DNA of 24,661 bases from positions 1 through 24,661 of IMG/VR virus record IMGVR_UViG_3300020460_000053; one strand, 5' to 3'. This DNA comes from a virus. Lineage: Duplodnaviria > Caudoviricetes. Shown here piece after piece: positions 1 to 9,600 of the stretch (position 1 is its first letter; the number at the start of each line of letters is the position of its first letter). A program made the position numbers and the translations under genes. The notes below the pieces were generated by a model, which was not told where the DNA came from, did not search any database, and saw nothing but the letters and a program-made list of their open reading frames with translations.

Positions 1-135
1 GTCGCTGATGTGGCTCCTGATTGGGTTTCTTATGACTCGACTGATTTGCCGCAAACGTGGCGGCATCAGTCAGTTGTATCTGCGCTCGTGGCTGTAGTTC
101 AAGATCTTGAAAATCGTGTGGGAGCGCTTGAATAA
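1..135 (+). CDS. 3' end of a tail fibre/spike protein, Peptidase_S74-like intramolecular chaperone C-terminus (partial)
   Basis: Not in the ORF track. Frame 1 reads [44 protein letters not shown], resembling the coiled-coil end of S74 chaperone domains. The TAA at 133-135 overlaps the next ATG. Confidence 0.6.
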   Translation, partial: VADVAPDWVSYDSTDLPQTWRHQSVVSALVAVVQDLENRVGALE

Positions 136-782
136 TGGCTACAGGCGCAACATACATAAACGAAGTTGGTGGTGGACCAAACCTTATTTCTTATGCCGAC
201 GGGTTTCGGTATCAAGGAACTTGGTCTTCAGGTACCTCTTACTCTGTTGGTGATGTTGTTGAATACAGTGGCGCTTCATATGTTGCAAGAACAGCACACT
301 CAGGGCAAACCCCAAGTTCAGGTAGCAGTTATTGGCAAGTAATATCTCAAGCTGGTACTGCTGGCGGTCCTGGCCCAGCAGGGGCTTCAGGACCTCAGGG
401 GCCGTCTGGTCCGACTGGTCCAGCGGGTGCAACTGTTCTTAACGGAGTAGGTGATCCGCAAGGAGTTACTGGTCAAGACGGCGACTTTTACTTGAATGTA
501 TCCAATAACTATTTCTTTGGGCCAAAAGCCAATGGCGTTTGGCCTGTTGGGTTCAGTCTTATTGGGCCACAAGGGGCGCTTGGACCGACAGGACCGACGG
601 GACCTACTGGCCCGTTAGGTCCACCTGGAGGTCCCCCTGGACCAGTCGGCCCCACAGGGCCGACAGGAAGTGTGGGTCCAGCAGGTCAAGCAGCAGGAAC
701 CGTAAATGGTGGTGTTGCTGAGTCAAATTCTAATGGAGATTATGGAGGCGTCACACCCATTGACGCAGGAGGGCCAACGTAG
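135..782 (+). CDS. Collagen-like tail fibre protein with N-terminal CBM5/12-like carbohydrate-binding module
   Basis: [26 protein letters not shown] matches the CBM_5_12-like pattern. Two Gly-X-Y runs flank a G..G.DGDFYLN knuckle. Confidence 0.8.
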   Translation: MATGATYINEVGGGPNLISYADGFRYQGTWSSGTSYSVGDVVEYSGASYVARTAHSGQTPSSGSSYWQVISQAGTAGGPGPAGASGPQGPSGPTGPAGATVLNGVGDPQGVTGQDGDFYLNVSNNYFFGPKANGVWPVGFSLIGPQGALGPTGPTGPTGPLGPPGGPPGPVGPTGPTGSVGPAGQAAGTVNGGVAESNSNGDYGGVTPIDAGGPT

Positions 783-1084
783 TGCCTATTCAGATTCAAT
801 TTCGTAGAGGAACCTACGCTCAGTGGGTTGCTGCTGATCCTGTCTTAGCTGACGGCGAAATGGCAATCCAAACTGACGCTGGTGGTGGCGAACAAGCCAT
901 GACCTTAAAGATAGGTGACGGTACTACGGCTTGGAGTTCGCTGGCTTACGGCGGGCTACGAGGTCCTACGGGGCCGACAGGTCCTCATGGAACTTCTGTC
1001 AATAACCTTGACGGTGGCGAAGCGGCAACTAACTATGGAGGCATCGGAGCTACGGCTACTGGTGGAAACGCACAAGGAATATAA
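782..1084 (+). CDS. Short tail fibre subunit, Mtd N-terminal (hyaluronidase-N-like) domain plus short collagen segment
   Basis: IQIQFRRGTYAQWVAADPVLADGEMAIQTD...LKIGDGTTAWSSLAY is the Mtd_N pattern. The GTG start overlaps the upstream TAG. Confidence 0.8.
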   Translation: MPIQIQFRRGTYAQWVAADPVLADGEMAIQTDAGGGEQAMTLKIGDGTTAWSSLAYGGLRGPTGPTGPHGTSVNNLDGGEAATNYGGIGATATGGNAQGI

Positions 1085-1564
1085 ATGGCTGTACAAATAC
1101 AACTTCGACGGGACTCCAGCACCAACTGGACTACCGCTAACCCTGTTCTCGCTCTAGGCGAACTAGGTTTAGAAACTGATGGTTACCTGTATAAGATCGG
1201 TGACGGCGCTACTGCGTGGAACTCTTTAGGTTACGCAACGTTAGCTGGTACCGACAAGTTCACGATTAATGAGCAGACAGGTACCGCTTATACGTTGGTC
1301 GCTGGGGACGCTGGCAAGCTTATTAAGATGACGAACGCTGCGGCGAACACTTTAACGGTGCCGCCAAGTTCGAGCGTCAACTTTGATATTGGTGTAACAA
1401 TCAATGTTGTCCAATATGGTGCAGGGCAAACAACTTTGACTGCTGGCGCTGGTGTAACCATTTATTCGTATAACAGTTTGTTGGGTATTACTGGTCAGTA
1501 CGGTCAAGCTATTTTGACGAAGTGTGCGGCTGATCTTTGGATTGCGGCAGGGCTTCTGAGCTAA
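1085..1564 (+). CDS. Tail fibre subunit, Mtd_N domain plus C-terminal adaptor domain
   Basis: VQIQLRRDSSTNWTTANPVLALGELGLETD...YKIGDGATAWNSLGY, followed by QTGTAYTLVAGDAGKLI...W..AG, a pattern common in phage fibre proteins. Confidence 0.8.
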   Translation: MAVQIQLRRDSSTNWTTANPVLALGELGLETDGYLYKIGDGATAWNSLGYATLAGTDKFTINEQTGTAYTLVAGDAGKLIKMTNAAANTLTVPPSSSVNFDIGVTINVVQYGAGQTTLTAGAGVTIYSYNSLLGITGQYGQAILTKCAADLWIAAGLLS

Positions 1565-2163
1565 TGGCTGGTACAACGACTGCTGCGAGAATGAGCCTTG
1601 GGGCTGTTGCTTCTTCGTACGATCAGAACCCTGAGAAAGATTGGAAGCTTATTGCTGGCACCTACTTTGGTGGCGGAACAGTAATCACCAATCTTGACCA
1701 AAGTTACAGAAATATGAGAATTATCTGGCACAATTCGCAGCAAAACTCTTGGATTGCTTGGAATTATATGAACTTCAATAATTCTAGCGGTCAGTCGAGT
1801 AATACTCCTAGCGCTACGGCTGGTCCTGCTTTTTACGAATACCAAGGCTGGTCAACTGGCACTAGTTACGGTGGCGGAACAAGTGCTACCAATGTTGTTC
1901 GGCAATATGGTGGCAATTACAGCAACATGGGCAGTCATCTTGTTATGGATATTTATAATTATGCGAGCACAACTTCGTTAAAGCCGTGGCATTGGCAAGG
2001 CTATACAGGTGTAGGTAACTCTACTAGTTATGCGACTGCCAATGGAGGTCACGGACATTTCAAAGAACCAGCGATAGAGCACATAAATGTTTATCAGGAC
2101 TACCAAAATGGTTCTACTTCCTATAACTACATTATTGTGTATGGATGGGGCGGTAAAATCTGA
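1564..2163 (+). CDS. Asn/Tyr/Ser-rich tail adhesin-like protein 1
   Basis: Start re-called to ATG 1564 (TAATG coupling). Ends YIIVYGW; sits in the tail cassette. Confidence 0.6.
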   Translation: MAGTTTAARMSLGAVASSYDQNPEKDWKLIAGTYFGGGTVITNLDQSYRNMRIIWHNSQQNSWIAWNYMNFNNSSGQSSNTPSATAGPAFYEYQGWSTGTSYGGGTSATNVVRQYGGNYSNMGSHLVMDIYNYASTTSLKPWHWQGYTGVGNSTSYATANGGHGHFKEPAIEHINVYQDYQNGSTSYNYIIVYGWGGKI

Positions 2164-2837
2164 TGTCTGAGCACGCCTCTTACATTCTTTCTAGCCACAC
2201 TGTTGCGTACAACAACACTGAAAATAGCTATACCTGGACAAATATTCCTAGCGGCTACGACATTTTAGAATTTGTTATTTCTGGTGAATACACGCAGGAC
2301 ACCACTAGTGGTGCATCCAGCGGAATTTATTTTATGAATATTGAAATGAATCATTCGTGGGAAGCTGGTAATTCTGCCAATGATCCTGATGTAAAAAATT
2401 CTTACATTTATACAACCAGTCGACAATATAATTCTTCACAGTACGCTGTTTCGGATTACGGACAAGGAGCAAGTTATCCTTGTACTTCTGGTAAATGCAT
2501 AATGACCGCAGCGAACAATCCTGGTGGGGCAGCCGATTCTGCTTTTGGTTGGACTGCTCGACTTATTGGAAACAATAGCCCTTGCTATAAACAAATCTTT
2601 TGGGATGGTGTTGCTACTTCATACCAAGCAAATAGCTACAACCACAGGCTATTAGGTGCTGCTGGTTTCAATGGGCAAGCTAACGATAAAACTCGTGCGG
2701 AAGCTAAAGCTTCAGTTTCTTCCCTTCGTGTAAGCCTCCCATTTCATGGAACCTATAATAGTTCTACTTCTCCCACCTGGATGGCTGGAACTAATTTTAT
2801 GTTGATTGGCTATCCAGGTGTAACAGGAGGCTGGTAA
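2163..2837 (+). CDS. Asn/Tyr/Ser-rich tail adhesin-like protein 2
   Basis: TGATG coupling. N-terminal YTWTNIPSGYDIL and C-terminal AGTNFMLIGY resemble the TFSSIP.TY.DL...GS.F.LYG pattern of aquatic phage tail proteins. Confidence 0.6.
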   Translation: MSEHASYILSSHTVAYNNTENSYTWTNIPSGYDILEFVISGEYTQDTTSGASSGIYFMNIEMNHSWEAGNSANDPDVKNSYIYTTSRQYNSSQYAVSDYGQGASYPCTSGKCIMTAANNPGGAADSAFGWTARLIGNNSPCYKQIFWDGVATSYQANSYNHRLLGAAGFNGQANDKTRAEAKASVSSLRVSLPFHGTYNSSTSPTWMAGTNFMLIGYPGVTGGW

Positions 2838-3607
2838 TGTCATTAGTTGGTCAAGGAACAGTATTAAGGCATTGTGGTTCACTGAAAATTACAACGTGGA
2901 CGAACACGCTTAGTTTCTCAAACACAATAAGTACGACTGGAAGTGAGCCTTACACGACTGCTAATCAGGTCATGGGTATAAACAACTCTTCGTATATGAA
3001 CGAAGTGTTTACCTATGACAACAGCAATATTTGGCGTTGTCATTTCCGCCTGTATTGGCGAACAACTATGGGTCAAAACAACTCTAATAGTTGGAATTAT
3101 GGTTCGGTGTATATGTACGACACCAATAATAACAACTACTGGGATCGAGCAGGCTACTACAACGGGCAGATAAACCAAACAGCCAACAGTGGGTGGAGTA
3201 CTTACAACAGTAGCAATACTTACAGTCGCGCAGGATGCGACATTCTAATGAAACATATGGGTGCTACGAGTACTGGGGATGAAAGATACAACTACACTTC
3301 TACTCCTTCAGTTACTAACGATGTTATTGATTCAGATATTTTCTATGACCACGGTTACATAGATTATGTATTTGGGCGAAATACTTTCCCGTCTGCTAGT
3401 TGCCGATCAGCGTCAGTAGCACCTGGAGGCAATCAGACGAGTTACAACCGAACGAATAGTTACTACAACTTTACGACTGGTGGATGTCCCAACAATTCAT
3501 ATGGAAGTCAACCTACTACTCTTTATTTCTACGCTCCGTACAACTTCCCAATGGGATCTGTGTTTCATTTGTATGCGTGGGATACAAAAAATGTTAATCC
3601 GAATTAA
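2837..3607 (+). CDS. Asn/Tyr/Ser-rich tail adhesin-like protein 3
   Basis: TAATG coupling. Ends MGSVFHLYAW; only 3 Lys and 3 Glu in 256 aa. Confidence 0.6.
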   Translation: MSLVGQGTVLRHCGSLKITTWTNTLSFSNTISTTGSEPYTTANQVMGINNSSYMNEVFTYDNSNIWRCHFRLYWRTTMGQNNSNSWNYGSVYMYDTNNNNYWDRAGYYNGQINQTANSGWSTYNSSNTYSRAGCDILMKHMGATSTGDERYNYTSTPSVTNDVIDSDIFYDHGYIDYVFGRNTFPSASCRSASVAPGGNQTSYNRTNSYYNFTTGGCPNNSYGSQPTTLYFYAPYNFPMGSVFHLYAWDTKNVNPN

Positions 3608-3616
3608 GGAATCGTA

Positions 3617-3901
3617 ATGTCTGAAGAAAGACCAATAATTTTAGAACTTGATTGCGCCACTGGTATTCAAACTGAACGGCCAATGACGGATGAAGAGTAC
3701 GAGCATTATCAAGCGATGCAAGAAAGTAACGCTGCTCAACAAGCTGCGTTACAAGCTCAACTTGAAAAAGAACAGGCAGATAAGGCTTCTGCTAGGGCGA
3801 AGCTAGCTGCGCTTGGCTTAACTGATGATGAAATTACGGCGATGGTTGGGGCTGAACCTCCTGAGGGTGAAACGGCTATTGGAGCGTCTGTTTCAGCATG
3901 A
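3617..3901 (+). CDS. Putative tail fibre assembly/chaperone protein
   Basis: AAGGA RBS. ERPMTDEE...KASARAKLAALGLTDDEI is typical of small genes that follow phage tail fibres. Confidence 0.6.
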   Translation: MSEERPIILELDCATGIQTERPMTDEEYEHYQAMQESNAAQQAALQAQLEKEQADKASARAKLAALGLTDDEITAMVGAEPPEGETAIGASVSA

Positions 3902-4053
3902 GCGCTGACGTAGGTATTGAAGAAGTTATTGCTTCTTTGAGTGAGCGTGGGCAGATGGAATGGGAACTCGCTTTGATGCGGGTTCACATTGCCAATCTTG
4001 AAGCGGCTCAATGTTCGTGTGACTGCGATAAATGTGGGACGACTGAGGATTAA
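3898..4053 (+). CDS. 51 aa hypothetical protein with Cys-rich tail (CSCDCDKC)
   Basis: Not in the ORF track. ATGA overlap with the upstream stop; fills the gap. Reads MSADVGIEEVIASLSERGQMEWELALMRVHIANLEAAQCSCDCDKCGTTED. Confidence 0.65.
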   Translation: MSADVGIEEVIASLSERGQMEWELALMRVHIANLEAAQCSCDCDKCGTTED

Positions 4054-4063
4054 ATATAGGAGG
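4034..4063 (+). promoter_or_regulatory. Candidate late promoter/RBS motif GTGGGAC-N14-TATAGGAGG
   Basis: A similar motif, GTGGGCC-N13-TATAGGAGG, lies at 12333-12361. Both precede + strand genes. Confidence 0.3.
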
Positions 4064-4067
4064 AATC

Positions 4068-4892
4068 ATGGCTTTCAGATTGCTTGACCACATGCCAGTT
4101 CCTGGCAAAAGCAAAAAAAATAGAGGGGTTACTCTTAATCCTGAAGTCATGTACAACCGTAAAGAGTACGGAGTTGGTGGCCCTAGTCGTGCCGAGTCTC
4201 GGGCAGCACGTAACCAGAGTGGTTATGCTGCTGCCGATCATGGTTCTTTTGGGGTAACTCCTACTCCTAAAACTGCGGATTGGGCGACTATCGACGCTGC
4301 TTCTCTTGATCCGTTTCCACGAGGTGGAACGGTTACTCCTGAGTCGGCGGCTTTGTCTAGCGCTGCTTCTACGAATGCTCCTAACTCGGTTGTATCCTCT
4401 GATCCGAGTGGGTATTACGCACAGCCTTCTGTGGGTAATACCAATATTGGTACGTTTGGTACGTCTGCGGCTGACGAGTATTACTTCAATTTGATTGACG
4501 CTTTGAGCGGCAATCAATATAACCGTGAGCTTCTGGGTCAACAGTTGGCTTATGGTTTGGATACAGCCGAGAGGAATCGTATTCGTGGGGAGCGTCCTAT
4601 TTGGGACAGGTTGAATCAGCGTGGCATTGTTAATAGTGGGATTAGGGATCGCACGCTGGGGGAGTATGAGTCTGATCAGTTGAGGGCGATTGGGGACATG
4701 CTTCGTCAGCATGATTTGTCTTCTCAGCGTCTTGATATTGGTGGGGATTTGGCTCAGGAGCAGCAGTATTACCGAAATGTTGATGCTGATGCGCTTGCTG
4801 ATGCTTTGAATGTTGCTGCTACTACGGCAAATATTTCTGATCCGAATGAGTTGAGGGCAAGTATTGCCCAGCAGATTCGGGCTATGGGCTAG
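4068..4892 (+). CDS. Putative internal virion (ejection) protein, small
   Basis: AGGAGG RBS. Helical Q/R/L-rich C-terminal half with RGIVNSG motif; first of three genes of increasing size. Confidence 0.55.
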   Translation: MAFRLLDHMPVPGKSKKNRGVTLNPEVMYNRKEYGVGGPSRAESRAARNQSGYAAADHGSFGVTPTPKTADWATIDAASLDPFPRGGTVTPESAALSSAASTNAPNSVVSSDPSGYYAQPSVGNTNIGTFGTSAADEYYFNLIDALSGNQYNRELLGQQLAYGLDTAERNRIRGERPIWDRLNQRGIVNSGIRDRTLGEYESDQLRAIGDMLRQHDLSSQRLDIGGDLAQEQQYYRNVDADALADALNVAATTANISDPNELRASIAQQIRAMG

Positions 4893-4900
4893 GAGTTATC

Positions 4901-6604
4901 ATGGTAAGAATTTTAGGGGCTGACGGGGAAGAACCTCAGGTAAGTCCGATGCCTGGTACTGGGCGACTTGTTACTGATGCTAATGGTGTTCAACGGTTTG
5001 TGCCTGATCGGCCTAATGTTAAAACGTTAGAATTTGTGCCTGGTAGAGATGCGACTATGGCGAATATGGTGCCTGCTGATTATCAAGGGTCAGTAGATCA
5101 AGTATTGCAACGCCAGAATAGGCTAACTGGGGAAAGTTTTGGGCCTGCGAGTAGCGAAGCTCAAGCTTTAGCTGATTTGGATAGAGCGTTAAAAGGTGCT
5201 CTTAGTCCTGTTGGTAACGCTCTTCAGTCTTTGGTCACTAGTCCTGCAGGGACAGTCGCTCGCAATGTTCGTGGTGTGGGGAATGCCTTAAATAGTATTC
5301 CGAGTGGTTCTGAGCCTCCTTTGGAAGATCCTGCTTTAAGTAATTTGAATCTTTCAGATAATGATTACATCCAAATGTTGATGAATAAGAAAGACCCAAG
5401 TGCAGCGGAGAAAGAAGCTCTTGCTGATTACTTGATAACTGGTCAGATTAATCGTTTGAATGACATTGTTGTTCCTCCTGAGGTTACGTCTGGGGCTTAT
5501 AGTCCGTATGGCTCAGGGGATACTGATAACTCGACTTTGGAAGCTTTGAGAGATGCTATTGCTCGTAAAGAAGCAGGCACTTTAGTCCCTGAAAGAGGGG
5601 GTAAAGACAAGTCTGGATCTAAAGCTGTAACTGAAACTGACCCGAATAGGGAAAGACCGTTAGATGACAGAAGAGCAGTTCTCGAAAGAATTAGGCAAGA
5701 AGAAGCGTTTAATCAAATGTTCCCTGGAGCCGCTGAAGTAGCAGACGGCATGGGTTTAGCGGAACAGTTAGCAGACACTAATCGTGGCTACGCTCAAGGA
5801 CGTTACAACGATCTAACAAGTTTCTTGGACGCTGAACGCACTAGGGCTGGTGCCCAGTTCGACAGCGACGAAGAAGCGATTGTTAATCAGCTTTTAGCTT
5901 CTGACGCTTCCCGTCGTCAAGCAGAAGATATGTATACAGCCCGTAGAGGCCAATCGTTTAACGAACTGCAAAGAAAATTTGACGCTCGCACAGACGCTGC
6001 AAGCGCAAGATTAAAGAATCTTGGCATTGATCCCGCTGGTTACACGAATGTGGTTGGTCAAGAAATGGGTGCTTTGCTTGGAGCGCAAATGCAGTCTGGT
6101 GCAGATTTAGCGGAGCGCATGGCGATGCTTGGTGCTGAACGTGCCCAGTTGGGTATTGGTCGTGCTAAAGCTGGGATGGCTAAGGAACGTCGGGCGTTTG
6201 ATCGAAATGCTTCTGACATGCTGTTCCAGGGTTCTCAGCGGTTGTCGTATGAGCTTCAAGATATTAATGAGGCTTTGATGAATCGTCGTATTAGCGCAGC
6301 GGATGCTGCTGCTGCTTCTGCCGCAGCGGCTAATGAGGCTCGGGCGCAGGCTGCTCGGGCAATGGTTATTGGGCAGTCTATTGGTATGCCTGGTGATGCG
6401 GCTGCGGCTTCGTCTACGTTCCCTGGGTTGTTGAAAGAGTTTGCTGGTATTGCGGCAGACAATGATCAGGGAATGGCTATGACGTTGACTCCAGAAATGC
6501 TTCCTGATGGGTTTAAGCATCTAGCTGACGGGGAAAGAACTGCTTCTCTTAATGAAATAATTCAGTTTGGAAAAATTGCTGAACAAGCTGCTTTGTACGG
6601 CTAG
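4901..6604 (+). CDS. Putative internal virion (ejection) protein, medium
   Basis: 567 aa with an Ala/Arg/Gln-rich helical C-terminal half; AGGAG RBS; positional inference. Confidence 0.55.
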   Translation: MVRILGADGEEPQVSPMPGTGRLVTDANGVQRFVPDRPNVKTLEFVPGRDATMANMVPADYQGSVDQVLQRQNRLTGESFGPASSEAQALADLDRALKGALSPVGNALQSLVTSPAGTVARNVRGVGNALNSIPSGSEPPLEDPALSNLNLSDNDYIQMLMNKKDPSAAEKEALADYLITGQINRLNDIVVPPEVTSGAYSPYGSGDTDNSTLEALRDAIARKEAGTLVPERGGKDKSGSKAVTETDPNRERPLDDRRAVLERIRQEEAFNQMFPGAAEVADGMGLAEQLADTNRGYAQGRYNDLTSFLDAERTRAGAQFDSDEEAIVNQLLASDASRRQAEDMYTARRGQSFNELQRKFDARTDAASARLKNLGIDPAGYTNVVGQEMGALLGAQMQSGADLAERMAMLGAERAQLGIGRAKAGMAKERRAFDRNASDMLFQGSQRLSYELQDINEALMNRRISAADAAAASAAAANEARAQAARAMVIGQSIGMPGDAAAASSTFPGLLKEFAGIAADNDQGMAMTLTPEMLPDGFKHLADGERTASLNEIIQFGKIAEQAALYG

Positions 6605-6612
6605 GGGTTAAG

Positions 6613-9600
6613 GTGGCGATTCCTCCTCCTCCACGGCCTCAAGACCGTGGAAATATGATCAAAAATTTGAAGATCGATTGGGGGAATAAGTCTTCTTCTT
6701 CTGCTCCTTTGCCTGGGTATGTTGCTCCTGCAAAAAAGGGTGGAGGGATATTTGATATTCCTGTCCTTGGGCAAATTATTGATGTTATTGATACGCCCCG
6801 TGCTGCGATTGTTTCGGGTATTAAAGAGATAGGTGACATCTTTGATGCTGATAATGATTTCTCGATTGGGGAATTTGTTCAGCAAACTCGTGACAACATC
6901 ATGATGGGTGAGGTGTTGCGGGATTGGGACGTTGATCTTCCTGGGCCTTTGGATTTTGCTGTGGGTCTTGGGTTGGATATTGCTTTAGATCCTTTGACGT
7001 ATATGGCTGGTGCTGGGCTGTTGGCTCGTGGCGCTAAAGCTGCTGATGTGGCAAATGGTTTGCGTAAAGGTGCTAAAGCTGCTGAAGCTGCTGGTGATGC
7101 AGCTAAGGCAGCAGGGATGTTGAAGGCTGCACAAAGGGTTGATCGCACTAAGTCTGTGTTGTCTGCAGGTAAATATTTGGACGACGTAGGTATTTCGTCT
7201 GGTGCTCGTTTCACGATTCCTGGGACTGGCAAGATTGGTCGCACGATTATTGAGAAGCCGTTACGAAGAATATTTCCTGTTGTTGGCAGGAAGTTAGATG
7301 ACATGCGTGTCAGGCAGTTGTATACCGATACTGCTGCTGGTCCTGGGGGCATGTTTCGGTGGGGTGATGAAGCGGATCGTGCTCTTGATTTAACTAATCC
7401 TAATAATCAGAAGCTTGTTAGGAATAGGGTTCGGCAGTTGCGAGGTGAGGGACCTGCTGTTGCTGTGAAGACTGGTTCTGAGGCTGATAAAGCAGCGAGA
7501 CTGGCTATGAAGATGGCAGTCGAGATGCCTGGAAGTGCTCAGATGTTAGCGAAGATTCCAGGGAGTACTGCTTTTGTTGCTTGGACTGCTTCTGCTCCTG
7601 GCAAAGCATTCGCAGCTTCTTCGGATACAAAGATGGGTCAGGCGTTTGGTAAAGCGTTTTCAACGAACGTTGATATCAACAAAATGATTCGTTCTAGCAA
7701 TATAGAAGAACAGGTTACTGGTCGTTGGGTTCAGCGTATTGGTTCGCAAGCTAATACGAAGTCGTCTGCGTTTGCTGCGACAGCAAAGCAGGGGGCAGAG
7801 AATCTTAAACGTGCCGCTGATGATGCTGAGATTGATTTTGACGAGTTGATGTTGGCTGCCGAGAATGAGGTTCCTTACCTTGTTTCGCAGGGTAGTGACT
7901 TTGGTCTTAGCCCTAAGCATGTGGCTTTAAGGGCACAAGCTCGGGAGTATTTGGACAGTTTGCGGACGATGGTTAATGAGGCTTTGCCGTACAGCGACGA
8001 TTTAGATGGCGTTGTTGGTGAGCTTTATTTGATGCGTTATATCGGTAAGGAAGGCGCAGAGAAGCTTGATGAGCTTGGTCGTTTAAGTGGCAGGCCGTTG
8101 CCAAAGGGTGTTGCTGCTGATGACATGATTCAGGGTAATTCTTTTCATCGGCGTAATTGGATTACGCCTAAGGGAATGAAAGAAATTATTAGGCAGAACA
8201 TCGAAGAAGGTCTTGACAGTATCAATATTCCGAAGCTGGTTGATGATCTAGGTGTTGATCCTTCTAAGACTGGTGATGATTTAAGAGATGCTTTGTTGGA
8301 CGCTATTGACGATGCGGCTGACGATGGTTTCAGAGTTACTGGTACAGACGGGCATGTATACACCAACAAAACGCATGTTGGAACGTTTAAGGACATTAAA
8401 AAAGCTGGCTCTATTAGAGATCAGCTTTCAAGAATGGGCAAAGAAGCTCACGGTAGCGAGTGGGTTGACATATTCGATACGGATATGACTAAAGCTTTGA
8501 CGAGCTACATAGATTCTCATTCTCGTTACATTCGTTCTCAGTATGTTGTTGATGGTTTAGCGCAACGTGGGATTATTGTTCGTGGCGCTAATGGTCAGTT
8601 GACTCGTGCGGCTGCTAATCGTTTGACATCTGCGATGAATAGAGCAGGTAAGAAACTTACTAATGCTCAGATAGCTAAAGAGAAACTGGAAGCTACTAAG
8701 ACTGCTCGTGATGAGAAGATTGCTTTTTACACGGGTGAGGCTGGTAAGGCTGGAAGTAAGACAAGTCAACGAGCAGCTACTAAAGCTGCTCTTGAAGTAG
8801 CCAGACTTGAAGGAGAGCTAAGAGCTATTTCTTCTGTTATGGAAGCTATAGCTAATGGTTCAGGGATTGAGGGTTTGACTAACGATGCTTTGGCTCTTAT
8901 TCAACCTGGCGCTCAGTTCGATCTTCGTAGAGGTGTTGGATACATAAGTCAGAAGGTGAAGCAAACTTCTGAGGAAGTTGCTCGTTTGCATAATGCTCGT
9001 AATGATGCTGTCGAGTTGATTCATTCTTTAGATGAGCAGATTGCTCAGGTTGAAGAGATGCTTAAACGCATTGAAGCTGTCAACAATATTGATCCTGAGC
9101 TTCAAGGGTTTTTGCCTTTGTTTGATGGTTATAAAGAGATCCAAGATTCAGTGAATATTATGCGCGAGGGTTTGCGTGCATATAAGTCCACGTTTATTAA
9201 CCGCATGTTGGATGACGTTACGGTTCGTGCTGCTGACGATTTAGAAGATTTCTTAAATGGGATGACAGGCGATGGCTTGTTTGATTTCGCTAAGAACGGT
9301 AAGCGGCTTATAAGTGCTGCTCGTAAAGATGAGCTTGGTCGGATTTCTAGACGGTTGGGTCAGATCTTTAAGGGTAATCCTAAGTGGGAGAAGTGGCTGG
9401 AAGAGATGCCTGAATTGGCGGATCTTAAGAACGCTATTGAGAATCTTGATGAAGGAGACATGGGGATTCTTGCTCGTCTTGAGCGTTACAGACAGATCAA
9501 GGGCGCTGATGCTTTGATCGATGGGAAGTCTCCTATAGGTAACAATATTGCAGAGCTTTTGTCTGATATAGGTGGGGCGGAACGCAGGTTGTTGAATGCG

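Noticed and set aside
360-700. GGNCCN-rich DNA repeats
   Set aside because: These simply encode collagen Gly-Pro-X triplets.
782-3607. Diversity-generating retroelement suggested by Mtd_N domains and AAY-rich genes
   Set aside because: No reverse transcriptase and no template/variable repeat pair is visible in the window. Mtd_N is a structural domain that also occurs without DGRs.
4050-4712. Long antisense ORFs (also 6879-7352, 12386-12886, 22504-22971 and others)
   Set aside because: They are shadows of coupled sense genes, with no RBS or recognisable motifs.
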